Assembly: GCA_049274945.1 (NCBI GenBank)
Contig: JBASTP010000005.1
Span: 3,178 to 67,177 of the forward strand
DNA: 64,000 bases
Origin: Patescibacteria group bacterium
GTDB taxonomy: Bacteria > Patescibacteriota > UBA1384 > GWA2-35-9 > JBASTP01
Direction of reading: 5' to 3'
Part shown: one piece after another, positions 55,217 to 64,000 of the stretch
Layout of the letters: each line of letters starts with the position of its first letter
How positions within the stretch are numbered: position 1 is the stretch's first letter
Notes under the pieces: model-generated
What the model was told of the DNA's origin: nothing
The model's input: the letters and a program-made list of their open reading frames with translations, nothing else
Database searches by the model: none
Position numbers and translations under genes: made by a program

Positions 55217-56079
55217 CAAGTTTTCCGGCGTTTGCCGTGGAAGGCCTTGTGCACCTCTTTGAGCTGAACGTTGGTAACGTGGGTGTAGATTTGGGTGGTA
55301 GTAACTGAGGCATGGCCGAGCAAACTTTGCACTGATCGGAGGTCGCTGCCATTCTGGAGTAAATCTGTTGCATAGCTGTGACGGATCGTGTGGGGATGCA
55401 CCTTTTTCACAATTCCAGCTTTGCGGGCGTGGCTGTCTACCACGCGCTGAATTTGGCGAACGGTGATTGTGAAGACGCGCGGATTATCGTCGCCGCGGGT
55501 TTTAAGATACCGATCAAGCCACTGTTTTGCGGCGTCAGACAGAAACACCACGCGCACCTTGCCGCCCTTGCCGCGCACCGCAAACTCGCCGGAATCGAGA
55601 TTGATTTCGGTTTGCTTCAAGTTTGCCAATTCCGAAACCCGCAACCCGGTTGAAAAAAGTACTTCAAGAATCGCTTTGTCGCGGCTGCCGGTAGGCTTGC
55701 GCAGATCCGGCGCGGCAAGCAGCCGCTCGAGCTCGTTCTCGTCAAGGAAGGTTACTTGCCGTTCGGGCGTATCCGCCAGCTCAATTTTCTCCGCAGCCAG
55801 GGTTTGAATGTCGCGTTTAGTTAAATATTTCAAAAACGAGCGCAACGCAATCAGGTGGTAATTCTGGGTTGAACGAGACATTCTCTCCAGACGATTGAGT
55901 TCAAGGCGCCACTGGCGCACGAGTTCTAAATCAATTTTTTCCGCCCCGTCCACACCGGCTTTTTCGGCGAATTCTAAAAAACGGGAAAGGTAGTGATCAT
56001 AGTTGCGAATCGTCAGGTGCGAGTGCCCCCGCTCAATTTCGCAGTACTCCAAAAATTCACGGATCAATTTAGCGAGCAT
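55216..56079 (-). CDS. Tyrosine recombinase XerC/XerD family
   Basis: 287 aa. The C-terminal HPHTIRHSYATDLLQNGSDLRSVQSLLGHASVTTTQIYTHV carries the catalytic R-H-R-Y residues. N-terminal SAM-like core-binding domain. Confidence 0.85.
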   Translation of the reverse strand: MLAKLIREFLEYCEIERGHSHLTIRNYDHYLSRFLEFAEKAGVDGAEKIDLELVRQWRLELNRLERMSRSTQNYHLIALRSFLKYLTKRDIQTLAAEKIELADTPERQVTFLDENELERLLAAPDLRKPTGSRDKAILEVLFSTGLRVSELANLKQTEINLDSGEFAVRGKGGKVRVVFLSDAAKQWLDRYLKTRGDDNPRVFTITVRQIQRVVDSHARKAGIVKKVHPHTIRHSYATDLLQNGSDLRSVQSLLGHASVTTTQIYTHVTNVQLKEVHKAFHGKRRKT

Positions 56080-56174
56080 TTGATTTTATTATAGCAGATT
56101 GTACGACATTATATGCCCTTTCTCTGGGCACTTCCTAAGTGTCTCAACCGTTATAGGATTACTCAAGTGCAAGT

Positions 56175-56200
56175 AAAAAACCGACACCCGAAGGTGTCGG
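56175..56200 (-). terminator. Rho-independent terminator (minus strand)
   Basis: CCGACACC-CGAA-GGTGTCGG hairpin. On the minus strand it is followed by TTTTTT (the complement of AAAAAA at 56175-56180). Confidence 0.6.
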
Positions 56201-56206
56201 TACGAG

Positions 56207-56398
56207 CTACGATCGGTTGGGAAGCAGTTTCTGAAGATAAGCCTTGGCTGCGTTTCGTGTGTGCTGAGACAAAAGCGAATACACTTCTTGCATTGCTGCC
56301 GTGGCTTCGTCAGGTCTCCCTTCGAAGTCCAAGCAACCACGCAACCACCAAACTGGAGGAATTCGCCAAGGTTTTGTGCTTCTTCTGGTTCCAACCAA
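56207..56398 (-). CDS. Small hypothetical protein (possibly the 3' part of a frameshifted gene continuing from 56400-56550)
   Basis: 63-aa ORF ending 7 nt before the terminator. The longer overlapping ORF 56089-56550 reads through the terminator, so its 3' half is unlikely to be coding. Confidence 0.3.
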   Translation of the reverse strand: MVGTRRSTKPWRIPPVWWLRGCLDFEGRPDEATAAMQEVYSLLSQHTRNAAKAYLQKLLPNRS

Positions 56399-56622
56399 AA
56401 GTCAGCACAAACCTCTTTGAATACCTTTATATCCACTGTTTGCCAGTTTCCCCCGAAAGGCAATGGCAGACCGAGCGGCATGGGCTCCGTATCCTCCTTA
56501 AATCTCTCATTGTTAAGGTACTCCTTATCCGTTAGGATCCCTCCCGACAATGTTTATTTTATATGAAATATACTTAAATGTCAACTGCTCAAAGCAAAAA
56601 GTATGCCTGACGCCACCAAACC

Positions 56623-56651
56623 TTGAGTGCTTTCGCAAAATTCGTTACAAT
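56623..56651 (+). promoter_or_regulatory. Promoter TTGAGT-17-TACAAT for the PAP2-dedA-peptidase operon
   Basis: -35 at 56623-56628 and -10 at 56646-56651. Confidence 0.5.
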
Positions 56652-56673
56652 AATCAATTAGTAGCTATTACCA

Positions 56674-57249
56674 TTGGAAAAAATTTTCGCCCTGGATCAA
56701 AAAATTTCGGAGTTGCTGATTACTTTCACTCAAACGAGTGGCATTTTTTCGACCATAGCAAAGTTGGGGGCACGGTGGCTCGTTTACCTTGTGCCAATCG
56801 CACTCATGGTAGTTTGGTTTTTCAATGGCCCGCGCGAGAAAATCACTGCCGCGCGGGTAGTAGTTGCCGGACTTTTCGGCTGGCTCGTAGTGAATAGTAT
56901 TATTGGCCACTTTTTCTTTCGCACCAGGCCATCGATTAACGCCGCCAAAGAACTACTCTTCCACCTTCCCGACAAATCATTCCCATCCGACCATGCCACC
57001 CTCGGCTTTACCTTGGCGTTCGGTTTTTGGCTCGCTGGCTACCGCAAAATTGGTACGTTCTTTTTGATTCTAACGCTCACCTTTTCGACCCTCCGGGTAT
57101 TCACGGGTTTGCATTTCACTACCGACGTATTAGGAGGATTAGTTGTGGGATTTGTGATGGCCTGGGTGGGGCAATGGCTCAAACGCCCATTTGATAGCTA
57201 CATTGGGGAACCACTCATTAAAATAGCAAAAATTCTGAGATTGGCATGA
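56674..57249 (+). CDS. PAP2-family phosphatase (undecaprenyl-diphosphatase-like)
   Basis: KSFPSDHA (PSGH-type motif) and LRVFTGLHFTTDVLGG (SRx5Hx3D motif). 191 aa, 4-5 TM helices. Confidence 0.75.
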   Translation: MEKIFALDQKISELLITFTQTSGIFSTIAKLGARWLVYLVPIALMVVWFFNGPREKITAARVVVAGLFGWLVVNSIIGHFFFRTRPSINAAKELLFHLPDKSFPSDHATLGFTLAFGFWLAGYRKIGTFFLILTLTFSTLRVFTGLHFTTDVLGGLVVGFVMAWVGQWLKRPFDSYIGEPLIKIAKILRLA

Positions 57250-57851
57250 TCGAAAAATTATTAACTATTATTTCTGGCTGGATTGTTGGGTTCATTGGAA
57301 TGACTGGCTATACCGGCGTGGTACTCCTAATGGCGATCGAATCGGCCGGGATTCCTGCGCCATCCGAGGTGATCATGCCGTTTTCCGGATACTTGGTGGG
57401 TCAGGGGAACCTGAACCTCTACCTTGTGGCAGTGGCAGGCACGCTCGGCAACTTGATCGGCTCGCTCATCGCCTACGCCATTGGCTACTGGGGAGGCCGG
57501 CCACTCATAGAACGCTACGGCCGCTACATATTGCTGCGACACCACGAGCTGGATTTAGCGGATCACTTCTTTGCTAAATACGGCAAACTCACGGTGTTCG
57601 TTGGGCGCCTCCTGCCGGTGGTTAGAACCTACATCTCCTTTCCGGCAGGCATCGCTAAAATGGATATTAAAGAGTTTGCCCTCTACACCGTCTTGGGCGC
57701 GTTCCCCTGGAGCCTTGGCCTTGCCTATATTGGCCTGCGGCTGGGGGCGCATTGGGAAACCATAAAGCACTACACGCGGGGGTTAGACGTAGTGGTTGTG
57801 GTTGCCATTGGGCTTGTATTGGCATGGTGGATTTGGCGAAAACGACGATGA
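57246..57851 (+). CDS. DedA-family membrane protein
   Basis: The GxxxM/VxxFxxxxGxxxG re-entrant-loop motif region (PFSGYLVGQG...FFAKYGKLTVFVGRLLPVVRTYISFPAGI) is typical of DedA/Tvp38. Confidence 0.8.
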   Translation: MIEKLLTIISGWIVGFIGMTGYTGVVLLMAIESAGIPAPSEVIMPFSGYLVGQGNLNLYLVAVAGTLGNLIGSLIAYAIGYWGGRPLIERYGRYILLRHHELDLADHFFAKYGKLTVFVGRLLPVVRTYISFPAGIAKMDIKEFALYTVLGAFPWSLGLAYIGLRLGAHWETIKHYTRGLDVVVVVAIGLVLAWWIWRKRR

Positions 57852-59119
57852 GCCTTCACTACTCAAAAACTCAACTTAAAAACGGTTTGCGGATTATCAC
57901 CGCGCCTAAGCACGATACCAATGCCGTGGCCGTGCTGATTTTAGTGAAAGTCGGCAGCCGCTACGAAACCGAAGCTCAGGCCGGCTTGTCGCACTTCCTT
58001 GAACACATGTTTTTCAAAGGCACCAGGAAACGGCCCACCTACCTCCACGTTTCCAAAGAACTCGATGGCCTGGGCGCCAACTTTAACGCCTTTACCTCCG
58101 AAGAGTACACCGGATTTTATGTCCAAACCTCGGGCGATCACTTTGACCAAGCGCTCGATGTGTTGGCCGACATGCTCTTAAACGGAACACTGCCTGAAGC
58201 CGAGGTACTTAAGGAACGCGACGTGATTACTGAAGAGCTCAACATGTACCTGGATATGCCCCAATCACACGTAGCGGATTTGGCCAAGCGAACGCTCTTT
58301 GGCCAAAATCCGCTGGGCCGGCCGATTATCGGCTACCGCGAAACGATCACTGCAACCACCCGTGAGGAGTTAATTAACTACAAAGAAACATTCTACCAAC
58401 CGCCGGCAATGCTCGTGGCCGTGGCCGGCAGCGGGAAGCCCGAGCACTGGCGCGCTATGGTTGAGGGCTACTTTGGCAAATTACCCACCGCTACGTCCCC
58501 CGGCTATGAACAATTTAGGAGCGGGCAAGCTCCTCGCACCATGATTGGCAACAAAAAAACCGACCAAGCCCACTTTGTACTCGGCCTGCCCTCGCTTGCC
58601 CGCTCCGATTCCCGCCGCTACACGCTACGCGTGTTAAACAACGCCCTGGGCGGCATGATGTCCTCGCGACTCTTTACCGAAATCCGAGAAAAACGCGGCC
58701 TAGCATATTATGTGGGCTCCGGCAGTGATGAGTACGAGGAAACGGGCGCGTTTTTTATTCGTGCCGGAGTTCCGACTACCAAGGTAGAGGAGGCAATCAA
58801 GATAGCGCGTAAGGAGCTGGAAAAAATAACCAAAACTAAACTTCGAGCAGAAGAATTAAGCCGGGCCAAGGAAAATATCAAAGGGCGCACCTACCTGGAA
58901 CTCGAAGATTCATTCGCCGTGGCAAACTTCTTGGCCGAGCAAGAACTTTTCCTTGATACCATTGAACAACCAGAAGAGCTGATTGCCAGGGTTGAAGCGG
59001 TAACTGCTTCTGATATAATCGAGCTAGCCCGGGAACTTGTATCGCCGGAGCTAATGCGGCTAGCGGTCGTTGGTCCGTACGAAGATAAAGCCAAGTTTGA
59101 AAAGTTGCTCAACCCCTGA
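57848..59119 (+). CDS. M16-family zinc peptidase (insulinase-like)
   Basis: Trimmed to the ATG overlapping the dedA stop (ATGA). Inverted zinc motif HFLEHMFFKG (HxxEH) with downstream E. Confidence 0.8.
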   Translation: MSLHYSKTQLKNGLRIITAPKHDTNAVAVLILVKVGSRYETEAQAGLSHFLEHMFFKGTRKRPTYLHVSKELDGLGANFNAFTSEEYTGFYVQTSGDHFDQALDVLADMLLNGTLPEAEVLKERDVITEELNMYLDMPQSHVADLAKRTLFGQNPLGRPIIGYRETITATTREELINYKETFYQPPAMLVAVAGSGKPEHWRAMVEGYFGKLPTATSPGYEQFRSGQAPRTMIGNKKTDQAHFVLGLPSLARSDSRRYTLRVLNNALGGMMSSRLFTEIREKRGLAYYVGSGSDEYEETGAFFIRAGVPTTKVEEAIKIARKELEKITKTKLRAEELSRAKENIKGRTYLELEDSFAVANFLAEQELFLDTIEQPEELIARVEAVTASDIIELARELVSPELMRLAVVGPYEDKAKFEKLLNP

Positions 59120-59157
59120 CTCCTAGCTACTGGCTACTAGTAACTAGCTACTACATC

Positions 59158-59625
59158 ATGATGGAACGAACCCTCATCATCTTAAAACCCGACGCAATTA
59201 ATCGATCAATCATTGGCGAGGCAATCCATCGCTTTGAACGCAAGGGCTTGAAGATTACCGGGTTAAAGCTGGTTCACCTCGACGACAAAATGCTCGACAT
59301 CCACTATGCCCACCACAAAGGTAAGACATTTTTTGAATCCTACAAGAAGTTTATGAAATCAGCACCCTCCACGTTGATTGTACTGGAAGGCAAAAATGCC
59401 ATTGAGGTAGCGCGGATGATGGTGGGCCCGACCTACGGCCATGAGGCGCCGCCGGGTACGATCCGCGGCGACTATTCACTCTCCGCTGCCCAAAACATTA
59501 TCCATGCCTCCGATTCGGCTCAGACCGCCGAAGAAGAAATTACCCGATTCTTTAAACCAATAGAACTCTTCGATTGGCAGCGCGTTGACCTTGAGTACCT
59601 CTACGCCGAAGACGAACGGACCTAA
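59158..59625 (+). CDS. ndk: Nucleoside diphosphate kinase
   Basis: ERTLIILKPDA, NIIHASDS (active-site His) and GTIRGD motifs. 155 aa. Confidence 0.9.
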   Translation: MMERTLIILKPDAINRSIIGEAIHRFERKGLKITGLKLVHLDDKMLDIHYAHHKGKTFFESYKKFMKSAPSTLIVLEGKNAIEVARMMVGPTYGHEAPPGTIRGDYSLSAAQNIIHASDSAQTAEEEITRFFKPIELFDWQRVDLEYLYAEDERT

Positions 59626-59631
59626 CGCCAC

Positions 59632-60123
59632 TCAATCGCTCTTTCCGCTCGCGGTTAAAATTTTCTGCTGCAAGGAATACGGATCGGCAACAGCTCGGAG
59701 CATGATCTCATCTTCGGATGTGCCGGATACTTTGATATTAACGTTGCCAAAATTGAGAAATGTTTGAAACGGCCCCTTGACCGAATGGTTAACGGTTAAG
59801 ATATTGCGCGCTACCACCTCGGAGATATCACGGGAAAAAAATCCGCTCTGAGTCACTGCGATCAATCGCTGGTTGGTAAGGACGTAGGTTGAATTTGACC
59901 AAATAAACCATTCCCGAAAACCCACTGCTAGCACAATCGGTACAATAATAAAGGTTGCCCATGCGCTCACGCTTGATGCACTAAAGAAGGCAAAAACCAC
60001 CACCAGTAGAATTAACAATCCAACAATTAAAAGACCCGTCCTCAAAAAGGTAAAAGGGTGGCCACGCACGAGAAATAGTACTTGCTCACCGGGATTTTTG
60101 CCCTTGAAATAAATATCAGCCAT
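59632..60123 (-). CDS. Membrane protein with bacterial PH (bPH_2/YdbT-like) domain
   Basis: 163 aa. Two N-terminal TM helices, then a beta-rich domain (YVLTNQRLIAV...) typical of DUF304/bPH. Confidence 0.5.
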   Translation of the reverse strand: MADIYFKGKNPGEQVLFLVRGHPFTFLRTGLLIVGLLILLVVVFAFFSASSVSAWATFIIVPIVLAVGFREWFIWSNSTYVLTNQRLIAVTQSGFFSRDISEVVARNILTVNHSVKGPFQTFLNFGNVNIKVSGTSEDEIMLRAVADPYSLQQKILTASGKSD

Positions 60124-61174
60124 TTTTCCCCCTCCGTGATTGTACTTTATTGCCTAACACCAGACTCATCGCGATTACCGCCATAAGTCCAACAAGCCAA
60201 ACACCGGCCACGAACTTGCCGTACGTCTTCGTTCCTAATGCAATCATACCAAAGAGTAGCGCAATCAAATAATAAACGAGTACGGTCTGCCGCTGGGTTA
60301 GTCCAATGTCCAAAAACCGGTGATGGAGGTGCCGCCGATCGGCCTTAAACGGCGATTGGCGGTAGGCAATTCTGCGAGCAATCACCCAGATTGCGTCAAG
60401 GATTGGGATACCAAGAACAAGGGAAGCCGTGGCCACCTTGCCGCCAGAGATAATAGCAAAAATACCGATCATGTAGCCTAAAAATTGAGAACCAGAATCC
60501 CCCAAAAAAATCTTGGCTGGGTGAAAATTATAGGGCAAAAACCCAAACGTTGCTCCAGCCAAGGCCACCGCCATGAACGCGGTAGCAGGCTGCGCGACAA
60601 ATGGTGTTAATGAGAGTGCAAATAAAATCGCTGATGCAATACCAGCAATCCCGGTGGCCAGACCATCAATCCCGTCGAGCCAGTTCATCACGTTGATCAT
60701 TAACACAAGCCAGAGTGGCACCAAAAGATACGTCCAGTTACCTAACACAATATTCGGGCCGCCGAAGGGATGCGAAAACCACCAAATCCTGATGCCAAAC
60801 AATACCGGCATCACCGCTGCGACAAAATGCCAAACGAGTTTTACCCCGGGCTGCAGTGGCCGGTAGTCATCCCAAAGCCCAACGCCAAGCAGGATTGCTC
60901 CACCCAAAAAAACACCAATGAGGTTTTGGTCGATCCCGAAAACCTGGCGCTCAATGAACCGCAACTGATCGGGGGCAATCAAAAGCGTAGTGCCAAGCAC
61001 CAACCAAAAACCAAAAAATATTGCCAGTCCGCCGCCTCGGGCAGTCGGTTTGGTATGAACACGTCGTGGTCCTGGTTTGTCCATCAACCCCACTGAGTTA
61101 GCAAACCGGCGGACGAACGGAGTAATGATTAGCGTTGCCCCAAGCGCGGAGAGAAACGTTGTGAGGTAAACCAT
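60116..61174 (-). CDS. Polyprenyl-phosphate N-acetylhexosamine-1-phosphate transferase (MraY/WecA superfamily; WecA/TagO-like)
   Basis: 352 aa with 10-11 TM helices. NVMNWLDGIDGLATG (DDxxD/NxxNxxDGIDGL) and the DRRHLHHRF motif resemble WecA more than MraY. Confidence 0.75.
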   Translation of the reverse strand: MVYLTTFLSALGATLIITPFVRRFANSVGLMDKPGPRRVHTKPTARGGGLAIFFGFWLVLGTTLLIAPDQLRFIERQVFGIDQNLIGVFLGGAILLGVGLWDDYRPLQPGVKLVWHFVAAVMPVLFGIRIWWFSHPFGGPNIVLGNWTYLLVPLWLVLMINVMNWLDGIDGLATGIAGIASAILFALSLTPFVAQPATAFMAVALAGATFGFLPYNFHPAKIFLGDSGSQFLGYMIGIFAIISGGKVATASLVLGIPILDAIWVIARRIAYRQSPFKADRRHLHHRFLDIGLTQRQTVLVYYLIALLFGMIALGTKTYGKFVAGVWLVGLMAVIAMSLVLGNKVQSRRGKNG

Positions 61175-61227
61175 CTGAAGTGTAGTCTACCGTAAAAAGT
61201 ATTGGACTAGAAGCTCCAGGCTCAGCC

Positions 61228-64000
61228 CTAGCGATCTAGCACGACATTATCTTCACCCAGGAGTAACTGGAGTTGGCTAAGGAGATCATCACTTACGGCA
61301 ACGCGCTCCTTAATCGTAAGGTTTTTAACACCACTTACCGATTTGATTTCAAGCGCTACCGACACGTCGCCAGGACTTGCTGCAAGCAGCTCTTTTAGTT
61401 TAACCAGGTGATCTTTGGCGAAACCATTGGTGATAATAATTTTGAGATGAGCGGGCTCGGCTGTAGAAGGTTCTAAAATATCTTCGGCAAGCAACTTAGG
61501 TTGGCCGTCCTTTTGATCAAACCGACCACGCGCCTGTACAATTTTACCCGACTCAAGAAGTCCTGCTCGCTCTTGCCAAAGCCGAGGGAAAACTACAACT
61601 TCTATAGCGTGGGTTTCGTCCTCGAGGGTAACAAACCCCATCGGCGCCCCAGAACGCGTGGTGATTGGCTTAATCCCCGAAATTATACCGGTAACGGTAA
61701 TATCATCGCCAACTGCGGCTCCGGCAATCTTACTAATATTTGAACCGTCGTTCCGATTTTTTTGGATTGAACTAGCCGAGAAATAATAGCCAAGATATTC
61801 TTTCTCCCAAGAAAGTTTTTGTTCATTAGTTGCGGGTGCAACCTCCGCGAGTCTAAGTTGCATTTTGCCGCCCTCCGCGCCAAAAAGACTCTCTTGGCCT
61901 CGGAGATAGGACTTCTTACCGGCAAACTGGAGGATCGTATCGATCGAACTCAATACCTGGTTCCGCTCTGCCAGCGAATCAAGCGCACCAGCACACGCAA
62001 GGGATTCGACTACCTTTTTATTAACAACATCCTGGGGCAAACGGGTGATGAGATCAGCCAAACTATCGAACCGCCCATTTTCGGACCGCTGCGCCACGAT
62101 TGCCTCCGCAGCCTTGCCGCCGACATTCTTAATAGCACTGAGGCCATAGCGAATTTGCCCTTTAGTTTCGACCGTGAAATCCGATGCTGAAGCATTAACA
62201 TCGGGCAGGAGTACCTTGAGTCCCAGGCGCTGTCCTTCAGCAACTATTGAGCCGAGTTTCTCGACCTTCTGCTTGCTTGCTTCGGAGGTTAAGAGCGAGG
62301 CCATAAATGCATCAGGATAGTGGGCTTTAAAATACGCGGTCCAGTACGCGATTAGGGCATAGCCTGCACCGTGGCTCCGGTTAAAGCCATAGCGCGCGAA
62401 TGGCTCGGTAAAGTCAAAGAGTTTCTCGGCGATCGCCTTAGCGACCCCTTGACTCATGGCGCCATCAATGAACTTTTTGCGCTGTTCGAGCAACAATTTT
62501 TTAATCTTTTTTCCGATTGCTTTACGCAACACGTCAGCCTCGCCAAGCGAGAACCCAGCAATGTCGCGAGCAATTTGGAGCACCTGTTCCTGATACACGG
62601 CAATACCATAGGTATCCTTAAGAATCGGCTCGAGTTTAGGGTGAAGATAGGTAGGCTTGCGCTTACCGTGCTTGCCGGCAATGTAGTCGGGGATAAACTC
62701 CATTGGCCCTGGTCGGTAGAGTGAAATCATTGCCATAATATCTTCGATGTTGGTAGGTTTGAGTTCTTTAATGTACCGGCGCATGCCGTCAGACTCCAAC
62801 TGGAACACGCCAATGGTTTCGGCGGAAGATAGCAACCGATACGTTTCTTTATCATCGAGCGGGATATTTTTTAGCTCGAGGGTAACGCCATAGTAACGTT
62901 CAACAAAATCGCGGCAGCGCTTAAGAATGGTGAGATTGGTAAGGCCAAGAATATCCATCTTAAGGAGCCCAATCGCCTCTACGTCATACATTGAATACTG
63001 GGTGGTAATACCCTCACCGGTGGTGGAACGCTGCAACGGCGTGTAGTTAACCAGCGGTTCTTTAGAAATCACCACGCCGGCGGCGTGGGTTGAGGCATGG
63101 CGCACCACCCCCTCGAGCTGGAAGGACATATCAATAACTTTTTTGGCAGATGGATCTTGGTTGTAGAGGGCCATCAACTCTGGTACCTGCTTGATGCCTT
63201 GCTCGAGGTCTGATCCAAACGGCACGAGTTTGGCAATCCGATCGCCAAGGGCGTACGGGTAGCCGAGCGCTCTCGTAACGTCTCGCGTTGCCAGGCGAGC
63301 TTTCATAACCCCAAAGGTAATAATCTGACCCACTCGGTCGTGGCCGTATTTTTTTACGATGTATGCTATTACTTCGTCTCGCCGATCGTCGGCAAAATCA
63401 AGGTCAATATCGGGCGGGGCAATGCGCTCGGGGTTTAAAAATCGTTCGAAAAGCAGTCGGTAATGGATCGGGTCAAGATCAGTAATATTCAGGCAATATG
63501 AAACAATCGAACCCGCCGCCGAGCCGCGGCCAGGGCCAACCCAGATGTCGCGGCCCTTGGCCCAGTTCACGATATCGGCAACAATTAGGAAATATTCGGC
63601 AAAACCGGTTTTGCCAATCACCTCGAGCTCATATTCAAGCCGCTCGCGTATCGCCGACGTGCCCTTGCCGTAACGGATTGCAAATCCTTTTTCTACTTGC
63701 GTACGCAAGTAGTCTAAAGCGTTCTGTTTGGTCGGGACTTCAAAATGCGGCAGGATCAGTTGGCCGAACGGTAGAGTAAGGTTGCACAGCTCAGCCACCT
63801 TCACGGTATTCTCGATTGCTTGGGGTAGATCAGGGAGTTTCCCTCTCATCTCCTGCTCCGAGGCAAGGTGAAGATCGGTGGCTTGCATCGTCAGGCGCGT
63901 TTGATCATCAATATCCCTACCGGTTTGGATTGCGAGCAGCACTTCATGAGCCTGCTTGTCCTTGAGATTGATGTAGTGGGTGTCGTTCGTTGCAACCAGT
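61228..64000 (-). CDS. dnaE: DNA polymerase III alpha subunit DnaE (N-terminus beyond window)
   Basis: 904 aa within the window match the DnaE palm/fingers/beta-binding/OB regions. The frame stays open upstream of the annotated Met to the window edge (...VATNDTHYINLKDKQAHEVLLAIQTG is the PHP-domain end). Confidence 0.9.
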   Translation of the reverse strand, partial: LVATNDTHYINLKDKQAHEVLLAIQTGRDIDDQTRLTMQATDLHLASEQEMRGKLPDLPQAIENTVKVAELCNLTLPFGQLILPHFEVPTKQNALDYLRTQVEKGFAIRYGKGTSAIRERLEYELEVIGKTGFAEYFLIVADIVNWAKGRDIWVGPGRGSAAGSIVSYCLNITDLDPIHYRLLFERFLNPERIAPPDIDLDFADDRRDEVIAYIVKKYGHDRVGQIITFGVMKARLATRDVTRALGYPYALGDRIAKLVPFGSDLEQGIKQVPELMALYNQDPSAKKVIDMSFQLEGVVRHASTHAAGVVISKEPLVNYTPLQRSTTGEGITTQYSMYDVEAIGLLKMDILGLTNLTILKRCRDFVERYYGVTLELKNIPLDDKETYRLLSSAETIGVFQLESDGMRRYIKELKPTNIEDIMAMISLYRPGPMEFIPDYIAGKHGKRKPTYLHPKLEPILKDTYGIAVYQEQVLQIARDIAGFSLGEADVLRKAIGKKIKKLLLEQRKKFIDGAMSQGVAKAIAEKLFDFTEPFARYGFNRSHGAGYALIAYWTAYFKAHYPDAFMASLLTSEASKQKVEKLGSIVAEGQRLGLKVLLPDVNASASDFTVETKGQIRYGLSAIKNVGGKAAEAIVAQRSENGRFDSLADLITRLPQDVVNKKVVESLACAGALDSLAERNQVLSSIDTILQFAGKKSYLRGQESLFGAEGGKMQLRLAEVAPATNEQKLSWEKEYLGYYFSASSIQKNRNDGSNISKIAGAAVGDDITVTGIISGIKPITTRSGAPMGFVTLEDETHAIEVVVFPRLWQERAGLLESGKIVQARGRFDQKDGQPKLLAEDILEPSTAEPAHLKIIITNGFAKDHLVKLKELLAASPGDVSVALEIKSVSGVKNLTIKERVAVSDDLLSQLQLLLGEDNVVLDR

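Noticed and set aside
56113-56535. Plus-strand 140-aa ORF opposite the frameshifted minus-strand gene
   Set aside because: Poor coding-like composition, no RBS, and it runs antisense to a terminator-bounded minus-strand transcript.

Overview
This 64-kb window comes from a bacterial chromosome of roughly 50-52% GC. It is mostly housekeeping genes. Protein CDS calls use the supplied six-frame track with start codons adjusted where the N-terminus looked wrong.

Protein-coding content:
- Chaperones: dnaK, grpE, a short dnaJ-like gene, groES-groEL, ftsH.
- Recombination and replication: yebC-ruvC ... ruvA, xerC/D-type recombinase, ssb, dnaE (5' end runs off the window), a comEC split into two overlapping ORFs.
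- Translation factors and ribosomal proteins: lepA, typA, efp, trpS, rpsF-ssb-rpsR, ychF.
- Pyrimidine and proline biosynthesis: pyrF-pyrE-pyrD, proB.
- Envelope: murJ, a MraY/WecA-type transferase, PAP2 phosphatase, DedA, two GT4 and one GT-C glycosyltransferase.
- Surface proteins: large secreted proteins with S/T/P-rich linkers and C-terminal membrane anchors, comprising two GH-A-clan glycoside hydrolases and one FN3-repeat protein.

RNA genes and novel elements:
- tRNA-Lys(UUU) at 24387-24681 is split by a 223-nt group I intron.
- An initiator-like tRNA(CAU) at 46653-47357 is split by a 631-nt group I intron. That intron carries a PD-(D/E)XK-type ORF positioned as a homing endonuclease; I recall the cyanobacterial tRNA-fMet intron endonuclease I-Ssp6803I as a similar case.
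- An intact tRNA-Met(CAU) lies at 46520-46595.
- A structured element with compensatory base changes follows tRNA-Lys and tRNA-Met, and a GC-rich MITE-like repeat occurs in three copies.
- A T-box-type leader precedes proB, and a conserved palindrome precedes dnaK and the dnaJ-like gene.
- Two high-GC genes look horizontally acquired.

No rRNA or CRISPR array was seen. Identity as a small-genome (possibly CPR/Patescibacteria-like) bacterium is a guess only.
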